This document shows positions 1-12,425 of a DNA stretch of 64,000 nt, in pieces (positions within the stretch are counted from its first letter, which is position 1; each line of letters starts with the position of its first letter). Source of the stretch: Haliotis cracherodii (Eukaryota). Location of the stretch: assembly GCF_022045235.1 (NCBI RefSeq), contig NW_027266286.1:28334001-28398000 (forward strand). Direction: 5' to 3'. Both the position numbers and the translations under genes were made by a program. The notes beneath the pieces were generated by a model, which saw nothing but the letters and a program-made list of their open reading frames with translations, was not told the origin of the DNA and searched no databases.

Positions 1-342
1 TTTCCAACACCCACCTCACATATTAATCTGTTTGTATCTGATTGGTATTGTAGTATGTTGGAGAATATGGACTGGTATTGAAGTGTGGTGTTATAACTTA
101 TGGTTAAATATTCCTTTTGGGTCACAGACTTACTTATGGCTATGTTTTATCCTAAAATGGGAAGAGTCGGCCATTTTTACTCATTTTTGCCATTGCTTCA
201 CGTTAACCAACGTGTTTGATTTAAATAATTGACACTACAAAGTGGTATTAAGGTAGATGAAATATGTTTCTGTATATCTTTCATTGATTCGTATGTGATG
301 TTTTAGTTTGTTTGGACAAGCCCAAACAAACGTTTTTGATAG

Positions 343-497
343 AGTGAGTGAGTGAGTGAGTATAATTTTACGCCGCTTTTAGCAAAATTCCAATAATATC
401 ACGGCGTGGGACACCAGAAATGGGCTTCACACATTGTAATCATGTCGGGAATCGAACCCGGGCGAACGCTTTAACCACAAAGCTACCCGACCGCCCC
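343..497 (-). mobile_element. tRNA-derived SINE family 1
   Basis: A box GGTAGCTTTGTGG, B box GGTTCGATTCCC, body ACAATGTGTGAAGCCCATTTCTGGTGTCCC and (ACTC)n tail. Confidence 0.85.
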
Positions 498-552
498 GTC
501 TTTTATTAATATACCCAGCGCGCCCCTATAATGTGGTGGGTTGGTACATATA

Positions 553-1169
553 TGTCACAGGAACAACAAAGTTCGTGCTCTGGGCTGATGTTTTATTTAT
601 GATGAAGAGTCCTGTAATTATAACAAAATAACATATTACATGGCTTGGTGGTCCGGCATGGTGTGTCCTCACACTAACCATGTAGTTGTTTTTTACTACT
701 ATATTATTGATATTCATTTCAATAAATAAACAGTTATCTACTATATTATTGATATTCATTTCAATAACTAAACAGTCATCTTCTATATCATTTATATTCA
801 TTTCAATAATTAAACAGTTATCTGGACTAATATAATTCACACATGAAGAATTAACCTATTTGAATTTAAATTAAAAAAAAAGATTAAAAGAGCATTCACG
901 CAACTCATTCAACATACCTGTAATTATAACAAAATGACATGTCACATGGCTTGGTGGTCCGGCATGGTGTGTGCTGGGTTCCTAACACATGCAGTCTTTA
1001 TAGAGGACAGTCATGTGATCTGCCTCTACATCATTTGCAGGGACTGCATGTGCCAGGGCCCTGGATGTACCTCACAGACCACAGTTAAGGTGGGCTGTTC
1101 AAGCCAATATTAGATATGGAAACAAGTTGGTGACATAATTAACAGATTAGTAAAACTTAACCTCTGACA
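553..1169 (-). repeat. 3' LTR of the Gypsy element (617 bp)
   Basis: TGTCA...TGACA termini directly after the PPT. Contains a 42-bp x3 tandem repeat (701-835) and an approximately 55-bp direct repeat (611-665, 917-972). Confidence 0.75.
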
Positions 1170-3075
1170 CTCTCCCCCCTTCTGTAAAATGTCGTCCCTG
1201 ACATTTCAAATACGAACTGCATCTGAAAATAAAAACCAACAAATTAGCATATAGATATACAAATTGTCTAAACAACTTCAGAATTCAGACAAAGATTTCA
1301 GTATCAGCCTGATGCTGCATGACCCAGTTGCCATCATTGAACCAGACAGGTGGTCTTCTTTCACGACGTGATCGCCGTGGAACAAATGGGCTTGAATTTG
1401 GATCAAGTGCCATATTCTGTTCCTGAGTTGTATTTTCAACATTAATTTCATTGGAAATCTGTGACGCAGTATTATCCGTCTCAGTGGAAGATGAAGTGAT
1501 GGAAATATCATGGTTTCCATGCCCACTCCCAACAGAGAAAACTACCATGTCCTCGCAATCACTGTCCTCCGTCGAGGAATGATCGGATTCAGGTATCTCA
1601 CGTTGACTTGGTTGACTTTTCCTAGGTTCCTGCTCATGTGGAACTGGAAGAGACAAGTAAGGAAGCAGCATATTTCTGTTCAAAGTTTTTGTGGGGCCTT
1701 GTCCATCTTCTCTTTTGACGATGTATACCGGGATGTCTCGGTTGGGCTGGTGAAGAACAACATAAGACTCACGAGACCAAAAATCTGCTAACTTATGTTT
1801 TCCATTAAAACCTACATTTCTCACAAGAACCCTGTCACCTTCAGAAAGAACAGCTTCCCTCACTCTACGGTCATATCTCTTCTTGTGCCGACTGGCAGCC
1901 TTTCCCGATTCTGCAGAAGCAACCATGTAAGCAAAATTCAACCTTTCCTTCAATTGTGAAACACAATCTGTCCCAGAATTTTCGTGCAAATCTTCAGAAC
2001 CAATACCAAGAAAAGCATCAAAAGCTAAACGTGGATGCCGCCCGAACATAAGAAAAAGAGGTGAATAGCCTGTACTATATATGTCTGGTAGAATAGTATG
2101 CATGTACGAGAGCTGGAACATATATTGTCCAATTTCCCTTCTGATTGTCCTCCAAAGTACCTAGCATTTTGAGGAGAGTGATTAAACCGTTCTACCATAA
2201 CATTTCCCATAGGATGATATGGTGAGGTGCTAGTCTTAACTGTACCTGCAAGCCTACACAAAGCTCTAATGACCTTAGATTGAAAGTTGCGTCCTTTGTC
2301 ACTATGCAGCCGAGCTTGAAATCCATAGTGAAGGAAAAAATCAAACAATGCCTTCGCTGTTGTGTTAGCAGTCTGATGTCTGGTAGGAATAGCCTGTGCA
2401 AACCTAGTAAAATGATCAGTGATAACTAGGATATTACCACAGCCCCTAGCTTCCTCAAGTGAGAGATAATCTATACAAACCAACTCCATGGGTTGACTAG
2501 TGGTCACATTAACTAACGGAGCAGCAACTTGGTTTGGATAATTTTTTCGTCTGATGCATCTCCCACAACAACGTACCTTTCTATCCACATCACTGGTTAA
2601 ACCAGGCCAATAGATTCGTGATTGTGCTAAATCCAATGTTCTTTCGCGCCCTTGGTGACCCATATCATCATGCAGTGCATCAAGAACAAGTTTTTGCCAT
2701 TGCTTTGGTAAGACAAGCTGATGTCCCAAACTGTTTTGATGCCACCTCTTCCTGAAGAGGACACCATTCCTCAAAACAAACTTGGACCATTGTCCTAAGA
2801 GTCTACGAACTGTATCAGTCTCCTTACTCAATTGGCGTGACGTAGGTTTTCTCTCGTTCAAAATAAAACCTGCTACCCTAGCTATATCCGGATCCTTAGA
2901 TAGTTCAAATGCCCAATCAACATGATTAAAATGGACTTTGCTTTCCTCAACAGCTGGACTAACAGTCAAGCACTCTAAAGCATTCACGGTCTGACAACAA
3001 CAAACTGCTTTTACTACATCTTCCTGAATATGCTGAGAAAACTGAGGGTGTCGAGATAATGCAGCTTGGCTGTTA
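553..3075 (-). mobile_element. 5'-truncated Ty3/Gypsy LTR retrotransposon (end of RNase H, integrase, 3' LTR)
   Basis: ORFs 2025-3110 and 1285-2121 (frameshifted) give AALSR, the HHCC finger (LHDDMGH...CCGRC), the DDE core (CIDY, HSDKG, VERFN) and YSP.FLMFGR.PRL. The polypurine tract AGAAGGGGGAGAG (1182-1170) abuts the LTR start TGTCA. Confidence 0.9.
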
Positions 3076-3639
3076 ACAAAACATATGTATAAAATATTTA
3101 TACTTTTCATGTTTATTCCGTTTATCGTCTTCTATCGTCATAGTTGCTGCAGTGTAAACGATTTTTTTAAACATCGACGGTAAAAACTAAAGAATTGGTC
3201 ATGTCCAGTGTGGCTTCCCATGACGCATATTGTGAAATTTCAGGCCATCGTTACATGCAGAGTGCGAAGCGCATTTTTCAACCTCACGACCAAAACATCA
3301 GTAATATCGTTAGCGCAGTGTTGTTCTCGGGAAAACATTCAGGCTGCGGAGACGAAGATACTGAATGTAACCTGCTCAATGGCACATTTAGGCACTTGCT
3401 TTACACTCAATGACATACTTTTCTACATATACACGTCGGGGGAGGGGGATGGGGGCATTGACATAAACTTTAAGACAAGGTCTCCTGAGCGTCTCCTGAT
3501 GACGACAACTGTCATCAAACTGAAGGAGAGATGGCATGTACTTTCACTTGTTTGGAGAGATTAATAACATTGTAAAATTTGTTTCACTAACGAGAAGTAG
3601 ATTCACCGACTTTGCATCGGTGTCAAACTCAATGGTTTT

Positions 3640-3769
3640 AGACAAGACAAGACAAGACAACACAATGTTATTCAGTATAGAGGCCAGTGGCCCAAAATAC
3701 AGACAGACATATAAAGGTTTCATTTCTGAGCGCTATTTTGCATCCATACACACAAACACACACATACAT

Positions 3770-3814
<45 letters not shown>

Positions 3815-4095
3815 ATATATACCGTATGTAGCATTCTTGGAAAATAGGTATATTAAGTGGTATCGAACATATTTCTTATATTTTGCACATTGAATAGGTA
3901 TAAACAGAGATCACTTATTGTTTGTGTATTTTGAGTCTTCATAATATTTATGAATATGTTTACTGCACTGTCATTTCTGATGTATTTACTAATATACTTT
4001 TTTCTCATAGAGGTATATGCATCACATACAAGTAAAACATGAATTTCGTCTTCTAAATACATTTTGTCATTTAGCCTACAATGAGGGCAACGGTC
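3640..4095 (-). mobile_element. 3' fragment of a LINE (RTEX-like)
   Basis: C-terminal EDEIHVLLVCDAYTSMRKKYI zinc-knuckle motif, followed by (TA)n/(TG)n and a (TTGTC)n tail at 3640-3660. Confidence 0.7.
3745..3821. repeat. (CA)n/(TA)n microsatellite
   Basis: Direct reading. Confidence 0.9.
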
Positions 4096-4612
4096 ATATA
4101 TAGTATGGTTTTAGAGTGATTACTAAATGTAATGTTCCATTGATCGTATTTAGTTTCAAGTATATCATTGCCTTGAAAAAATCATAGAGATATAGCTGAA
4201 ACTGTCTGTGGAGGGTCACGGTAAGTATGAATAGTAAGCAGTAACCCAGATTGTGTTGTGTAGGAAGCGCCACTGCGGCCATCATGAGAATAGACAAAAT
4301 ATGCATCGCTTCGATGCTAACATAGAGCTATTGTATATAGGGTGTGTAACAAACATATTACTGCTCTCGTGTCTCACAGATATCGTTTATCTTTAAACTC
4401 ACTTTGTTTTTAAACGTATACATCTCGCCTTCGCTCCACAGACACGTTTTGACTCGTAACATAAATTGCAGCTGAAAGACATGTACACTCGTGTAGTAAT
4501 CTCTATCCATTCTTCAAACAATATTTTACTGCATTCCAGGTAGTCCACAGCTGTTGTGTCTGGATAATTACAACTGGACCTATAACGATTAACATTTCCA
4601 CAGTTTGTCAGC

Positions 4613-7600
4613 ATGGTCAAGTACAAGGGCATACTACTGGTTGGTATGTTCTTGGCTTTCATGACCTCTTCCTACATCTGGTTGGGACAAACAGTTCAAA
4701 ATCGCTGTCCTTTGATACCTCAAAACCTACGTAAGTGGATAAATAATTAAGGCAAATCAAATTGTTGTTTTTTCTTATTATGTTGAAATAACCCCCAGGT
4801 TATGAAAAAATGTTGTACAGTCGACAAACTAAAGAGATAGTTTCGAGAAACGAATAGAGAATTTGGTTACTCAGTGCAGGCTCAATGATGAGTTCACCCT
4901 TGTCAACGGTGTTTGGCACCAGCAGTTTATAACACATGTATGATCAACTTTGAAATGTTTGATAGGCAATACTTAGAAACTCAATATTGTCGAGAAATGC
5001 AAAACAGCATTAGTCGAAATATGAAATCTACATATACTTTAAAGCAGGTTACATTTACAGTATCCATGGGGATCAAAACTTCAAGGGAATCAATGCTCGG
5101 GTTAATTGATAGCTCTTGCAAATGTTATTTATACTGTGTATTTCATAACACTTCGTTTTAATTCTCCTGAAAGAACTGTTTATCAAACTGATAAATGATG
5201 ATTGCTCTGATCACACAGGGATGTAACAATGTCAAAGTTTTAAAAATTGAACTGTTACAAAGCCTTGTCCTAGAATAAAAAAGACATTTAAAAATAGATG
5301 GTAAACTTAACTTTAAGACGACCGGTTTGTTTTATCAGGACATGTATCATGCAGATGAATGTTTCAGTGGGGGCTATTTCACCACGGATGAAAGCTTTGT
5401 CTTTTGAGGAACTGGAAAGGCAACATACAGAACTAAATCTTGGTGGTCGATTCACACCTCTGGGTTGCATAGCTCGTCACCGAGTGGCCATTATTGTGCC
5501 CTATCGCGACCGAGAGTCCCATCTCAAGGTTCTCCTCAACAACCTTCATCCCATGTTGCAACGACAGCAACTAGATTACGGCATCTACGTCGTGGAACAG
5601 GTAAAATTATTTCAAATATCTATGAGGAAACTCACGCTCTTGGACACACATGGATAAAAATCAAATTCAACATTCTAGACGATTACGATTAGGGACATAA
5701 AAAAACACAAGGAGTAATTACTCTGGTCAATTAAATAATGAATCCAAACAGGAATGGAACGAGCCACCTAGGGATTCACAGTATACATAAAATATTATTA
5801 AAACACACCAATACCAATAATGATATATATAGTTTATGTAACTGATGCTGTTTGAATTGAATTGGGAATATCCATATTGCAGGCTTTGCCAGTCACATTC
5901 AACAAAGCCACAATGATGAACGTAGGATACACAGAGGCATTAAAGGACTTTGACTTCCAGTGTGTTATTTTCCACGATGTGGATCTCATCCCCGAGAATG
6001 ACAATAACCTATATACTTGTCCTGTGAATCCACGTCATATGGCAGTTGCTACTGACAAGCATAATTACAAGTAAGTATCGGTGGTGAAATGGTCTAGAGG
6101 TTAATGCGATCGCTTGTCATGTACATGGTCCTTGTTTGATTCCTGGTGTAACAATAGACTGGCACGGGCAACCTATTTCTTAAAAACGTGTCTTCATTGT
6201 ATTGTTTCAACATTACACGTCATATGTCACAGATTGCCTTCGGTTAATAAGTTTAGTTCTTTTTCAATAAATCCGAGGCGACACCAATTTTTCTTGTTTA
6301 CGCGTCCGTGACCAAGGCAAAATAAGGATACTATATATGACAATTAAAACTTTATTTTTCAATACCAGACCGATCCTTGTGTCTATTAAGTACACTGGTA
6401 TTTGAATAAAAATTAAACATTCCGATCAACTGAATAAACATACACAATGAAATCAAACCCAGATACTCTTTGAAAGTCAGAAGAACAATGTCAAACAGTG
6501 CTCAAACCAATAAAATGGCAGCACATTTTATTTCGACCGACCCACTGTTAATGGTGATAGGAAAGTAAACGCAGAAAAACCGTTCTGAAAAAAATAGCTT
6601 AAACTATCAGCATGTCAATATTCCCGTCCGACTGTCCTCCCGTTTCAATATCCAAAATAAGAGTTCACTCACAGTTAAAAAATATGGATTGGAAAATCTT
6701 AATGTCATTAGACTGAACCTGTGTATTATTAAGTTGCTGCACTTGCTGCTGAAATAAATACCAACGCCAACCGTACTGGCAGAGAGTATGACAGACGGTG
6801 GTGTAATTAGATTACAATAAAGACTAATGGAGGATATATACATGTAACTGTCAGACACCCATCTGTCTGTCAGTCGGTCCGCCTCTCGTTTTCTATTTCC
6901 TGAGCATAAATCAAAATGAGTTGATCAGTTTTGCTTGTATTGCTCATTCTTTGCATTTTCAAATTGAATAAATCATGTTTAAAATTATGGTTGTATTTGG
7001 TAGAGACGCGGGGTGGTTTATTTTTAAACATAATGTGTAGTCATATGGTTCCAGAAGCGTTCAGACTACCAGTTGAAATGCTGCAAACAGTACAAGTTGG
7101 CTGGTTATAAACAACTACATCAACACAAAATTGGGAATAAGACATATATACGCATTTATCTACATGACGAAACGAATCTGGGATCTATGCATTTTCAACA
7201 GAGTCAGTCTTTGCATTACAGTTAATGTGTTCGTGACATAAACTAAACACGTCAATATTCGCGTTGAAGAGTTATTTTTCATTTATGAATTAACATGTTT
7301 ACGGTACAGCAATTTGCTGTACTTTGATGCCTCCATTAAGGAGTGACAGAAACCCCTTGTGGGTTCCAATCCAGATTCGCCCCGATTAGGATCATTACGA
7401 TAAGCATGGAATGCTTTGGACCATTGCTTTTGTTAAAAAGGAAGATGTAGCAATCAGCGACATGGCGATTCAATCCTGTTTTGGACTGACCAATTATCCA
7501 CCTACATTCCAATAACCATACATGTGGGGAAAGTGATTGTGACCATATAGGCAAACGCAGACCTTGCAAGCACAGCAAGACAACAAAACCGTCTGTCCCC

Positions 7601-10600
7601 TCAGGTTACTCGAACCTTATCTTAGACGCTCGGCCAAGGGGTTTGAAATCTAGTTGACCATTAATCATGGCTTAGAAAAAACAGTTGGTTCTGTCGGAAC
7701 CTGCTGCCCTGGCGGCCATATCGCACGACAATCGACAACGACATCCCCAATCATAATATACGATGGTCACACCATTCACAACGCCGAAGTCAGTAATATT
7801 CCAGCTTTATCATGGCGCCCTGTAAATAAAAAACAGTGGTTGATATCATTTGAAAGTCACACAACGTTGGGATACGATGACAATCAATCAGCCAAATTAT
7901 CAATCTCCAATCTAATCTGTTTATATTGCGCCGAAGTTTCAGTTTAACTGTGCACAGGCACTATACATGCAACATATATACATCATATACACAGAATGCT
8001 CATTAAGAAATTGTTGCTACAGGAATTCAGAATTGGGAACTGGTAAGTTTTAAGATTTTTCGACATGATGCTGGCGTTTCTGATAATTTGGTGTGTCCTG
8101 GAACGGATTTCACCTGAAGCAACCCATAGTTGTTTTGCCCTGGGTCTTTTATCAGAAGCTCTTCATCTTGTGAAAGCAGTATATTGTTCCGACATATTTG
8201 CGCAATTTACTCAATAATAGAGATCATCTTGTTACGCAATCTCTGACAAACATAATTACTGATTACCACAGTAAAAATCCGGGGTAGAATAGGTCTTCCG
8301 CAACCCATGCTTGCCGTAAAAGGCGTCTATGTTTGTCGTAAGAGGCGACTAAAGGGGTCGGGTGGTCAGGCTCGCTGACTTGGTTGATGCATGTCATCGA
8401 TCCCAAGTGCGTGGATCGATGTTCATGATATTAATCACTGGATTGTCTGGTCCAGACTCGATTATTTACAGACCGCTGTCAAATAGCTGGAATATTGCTG
8501 AGTGCAGCGTTAAACATCAAACCAAGCAATCAATCTTACAATAAGAGGCTGGGGATAACCGTTCAGTTCTTCGAGTTAAAAAATAATGAAGTTTGCAGTC
8601 AAGTTTATAAAAGTTCTTAAGTGATCATGAGTTGATTGAAACTTTGTAGAAGTTCGAAAATATTTGTCTTCGATTAACTCTTGTAACATGGATGTTGATT
8701 TTGTAAGACGGTCATTGATATTGGACTATCGATATGTGCAACAGTCCTCATATATTTTAGCACATAAAAGTAGGCTTGAAATGGCAAGGTTAAAATCCAG
8801 ACTTTGATCAAGCTGACCTTGGAAAGAGGTGGTGGCATCATGCATCCACGGTTTCAGTGTCATAACATCATAGAAGATGTTATCTCACTTAACTCCATCA
8901 TCCCTACTCGTCACAGAAAATAAGAGCTGGTCAATTACCATATAGTCTGATTATTTGATTATAATATTCGTTCGCACAGACTGTTCTATAACGGCGCATT
9001 TGGCGGAGTGCTCGCACTTACCAAGGAACACATGAACAAAGTCAATGGCTTCTCTAATAGATACTTTGGCTGGGGTCTGGAAGATGACGACATGTTGAAA
9101 AGGTAAGGTCGTGGTTTAATATGAATAGAAATGCTTCATTGCATTCATAGTGTTTGTCAAATCAGATATTACAAACTTATATGGTGTTTTAAAATTTAAA
9201 AAAATATCTTCCTTAAGCGCCTCCGTGCAATGTTGTTTTATAAGGTGGAATGCAAACAGATAATGACTTTGGTCGCTGAGGAAGTAAGAGTGAGTTCGAA
9301 TCCCCATAGTTATATTATGAAAATATATGAGCAATACGTTTGTGCAGTATTTGGGTATTTCTTGCTTGTTATATTATAACGTCCCTTTCACACTGGCATG
9401 CAAACTGTACGGTGCAAACTTACAACATCCCCGAACATTTTACATAATGATTTCTTTTTTCAGAGTTAGATACAGTGGATTAACATTTAGTAGACCACCA
9501 GCAGAAGTTGCTCGGTACAGAAGTATATTACACAAGCGAGACGAAACAAATCCAGTAAACAAGGATCGGTAAGTTGAAGGTGATGAGATAAGTTATTAGA
9601 ATGTTTTATCGACGATCTTACTGAAATATGAAAAAAACATAATATTACAGCAAAAGGTAACCACTCAGTGTAAGGGTGTCCTCGTATTTTAAATGACAAG
9701 AACCACAATACCTGAAGTATATCATCATCCTTTACCAATCAGCAAGATCCGTGAGATCAGAACACAACCTGAATGGTTGACAGTACATTTTTGGCTGCTG
9801 CGCCTGGTCTGTAGAACATACACCCACTTCGCCTTGAGAAATTCAAAAGAGATGTTCAAACGTACGTTTATGTAACTTTTCCATTGTAATTGCCTGTTTT
9901 ATTCCCGTGACTGAGCAGTACTGGTTGGATATAAGCCGCTATGTTGATTGGTTCGGTAAGATAACTGGCGTTGGTTCGTGAGTATGTAGCAATCAGATCA
10001 GTGGCGGAATTTTAGGCAATAGTAAACATGACAAGGGGAAACACTTTTCGTGCACCGACCTTTACATGTACAACAGACCACATTTCCTGTGTATGCTTGC
10101 GTAATTCTCATCCCATACTGAATTGGTTCCGCTACCAGTTTTTATCTCAACTGGGCCGAAAGGCCAATTTGTCCGTTTTTGACGTTTTGGCTGATGGATT
10201 CAGCTGAAATTTTTCTGGATGTTTGTTGCTATAAGGGGGTGCAAGTTTGTTCAAGGTATCACTTTTGAATTTCAGTATCGCCGCCAGATACGCATCTTTG
10301 ATTTTTTGTTTTTATCTATTCATAAATCTTCTTCTACAAAACTTGAAAGGCCAGTGATTTGAAACTGATCTGTCAGAAATTGTTTGCTGAAAATCTTGAA
10401 GGTTGAGGTCAAATGGGCAAATTCATTTATCATCCAAAACTGGCTCCCACAGGAGATATCGCTTGGGTGAGATCAAGCGATATCTATACTGTAGATATCG
10501 CTGCAATGAAATTGCATCACAATGCTTTGCAGACCATTGTGACGTCATTGGTTACCATGGCGTCACAATCAAATGACATCACTAATGGCTCTGCTACTGA

Positions 10601-12425
10601 AGCTGTTAGCAGTACTTTTTATACTTAAGACACTGTTTATTACTTTCTACAAACTGAAAAAAGTTGGAAGAATGATGTTGGATGATAAATAAAATCTCAC
10701 CCTCATGTCTTTTGATATCAAATATATCAACACTCGTTGATAAAAGCAAGCCTCGGAGTTTTCCCACTTTTATCAACTCGTGTTGATATATTTGATATCA
10801 AAAGACACTCGGGTGAGATTCTCTATATCTCCAGCGAGAATGTCACGAGACTCCATTTCGAAGGATTCGTTCACAAATGTTCTGTGAGGAAGCAATTCAC
10901 ATATGCTCTCAACAAAAGTTGTGGATGCTCGGAGGTTAACTTAAAATTTCAAACATTGTAAGAGATAATAGCTGTATGATAATTACGAACTGGGAACACG
11001 ACACAACCGGAAGTGAAGTATTACAGTAGATTTTATGACCACCAATGATCGTAAGATGATCCCGTTAGTCGCCTCTTACGACAAGCATAGTCGGCTTTTA
11101 TGGCAAGCATGGGTTGCTGAAGACCTATTCTCCCCCGGATCTTCACGGGTCAGTTGCGTTTGAATCCCAAGTTGGGTGAACTATGATGATAAGTTTGTCT
11201 GTAGAGTTTGAGACGCGTGAAGATTCCGGGGTAGAACAGGTCTTCAGCAACCCATGCTTGCCGTGAAAGGCGACTATGCTTGCCGACTAACGGGATCGGG
11301 TGGTCAGGCTCGCTGACTTGGTTGATGGATGTCATCGATCCAAATTGCGTGCATCGAGGCTCATTATGTCAATCACTGGATTGTCTGCTCCATACTCGAT
11401 TATTTACAGACCGCCGTCATATAGCTGGAATATTGCTCAGTGCGACGTTTAACAACAAACAAACAACTCTGCATAAAGTATTGCTGCATCTTAGTCAACT
11501 TGAAAAACTATCTACTATCTGTCTTTTTTCGATCAGACATAGTAAGAATGGTAAAAAAGAACTACTTGAGATATGGAAATACTTGTAAGAAACAAACCTA
11601 TGGAAGATATTGAAACGAAACCTCATGGACCTGTATGACAGAATAAGTATGAAAATTGGATTGATTTCATGCAACATATTTAAGGACTTTGTAATTGGGT
11701 TTTTGTGTCCTGTCTTTCATTATTGAGTCTTGTCAAACTGTTTCTTTTGAATAAGATAATTTATTATCTTTATGTCATGTACATGTGCTCTATACTTTTT
11801 GTTTTGGTAAATCATGAGAAAAGTAAAGACCACACATAAACTCATTGTTTGCCTCACTCATGTGTGACTTTTCAAACAATTCAGCCTGGTAGTGAAATAG
11901 ACTCAACAAAGAGCAACGGAATAATTTAGGTTGATGAACTTGATGCATCTAATTCTGTGTTTGATAATAAATCACCCTCTATGTCGATGAGGGAGCGTGG
12001 GTGGCCCAGTTGTCTACGGCTGTGTTAAAAGCGGCGTTAAACCCAACTCACTCACTCACTCACTATGTCGATGACACATTCCCATAACTAACCGGCCACT
12101 ATTTCCTGACTTGTTATTGCGATGGGGCTATGAATATTTCATGCTTTTTTATTTTCAGAGTAAAAATTATAAAACAGGTTGCCAAAGGCATGAAAACCGA
12201 TGGACTAAATTCACTTAGCTATGAATTACTGAAAAAGGAGTACAGAAAACTGTACACCTGGATCTATGTGAAGATAAATAGAAGGTGAGGACACTCAGTA
12301 TTTTTTTCAAGTTCGATATGTGAAATGTGGTAAAAGCAAGTTCCACCATCTGTTGCAAAATTACAAATGATAATGATGATTTGCTTTCTTTCCCAAACAG
12401 ATCTGATTTTCCTGAGAACACATGA
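4613..12425 (+). CDS. GT7 beta-1,4-glycosyltransferase (B4GALT/bre-4-like), paralogue 1, about 305 aa, 7 coding exons
   Basis: Exons 4613-4730, 5368-5600, 5883-6070, 8980-9102, 9464-9568, 12159-12284, 12401-12425, all GT-AG and in frame. If the last intron is retained the stop is at 12288 (298 aa). N-terminal anchor [16 protein letters not shown]; motifs [39 protein letters not shown]. Probable 5' UTR exon donor at 4221 and acceptor at 4539; AATAAA at 12676. Confidence 0.92.
8273..8533 (+). mobile_element. SINE-like family 2 (non-tRNA structured head, (AAAC)n-type tail)
   Basis: CCGGGGTAGAATAGGTCTTC...GTCGTAAGAGGCGACTAA...GGTCAGGCTCGCTGACTTGGTTGA...GGAATATTGCTGAGTGCAGCGTTAAAC. Confidence 0.85.
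10693..10820. repeat. Long palindrome, probable end of a non-autonomous DNA element
   Basis: AATCTCACCCTCATGTCTTTTGATATCAAATATATCAACACTCGTTGATAAAAG ... CTTTTATCAACTCGTGTTGATATATTTGATATCAAAAGACACTCGGGTGAGATT; arms of about 54 bp. Confidence 0.7.
11060..11466. mobile_element. Two family-2 copies head-to-head (11060-11150 minus, partial; 11211-11466 plus, full)
   Basis: Consensus matches in opposite orientation 60 bp apart. Confidence 0.85.
11991..12062 (+). mobile_element. Internally deleted family-3 SINE (head fused to tail)
   Basis: GGGTGGCCCAGTTGTCTA joined to TGTTAAAAGCGGCGTTAAACCCAACTCACTC; TSD CTATGTCGATGA. Confidence 0.8.

Noticed and set aside
526-840. 104-aa ORF with IEMNIN repeats
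   Set aside because: Translation of the 42-bp tandem repeat inside the Gypsy LTR.
5465-5692. Alternative-frame peptide [19 protein letters not shown] shared with 20487-20726
   Set aside because: Explained by the 92-bp nucleotide identity of the GT7 exon; no evidence of an overlapping gene.
8362-8544. Recurrent [12 protein letters not shown] (also 27993, 11280, 23599)
   Set aside because: Chance frames within family-2 SINE copies; frame not preserved between copies.
10138-10482. Possible degenerate Helentron-associated repeat
   Set aside because: Only loose resemblance at the ends; boundaries cannot be supported.
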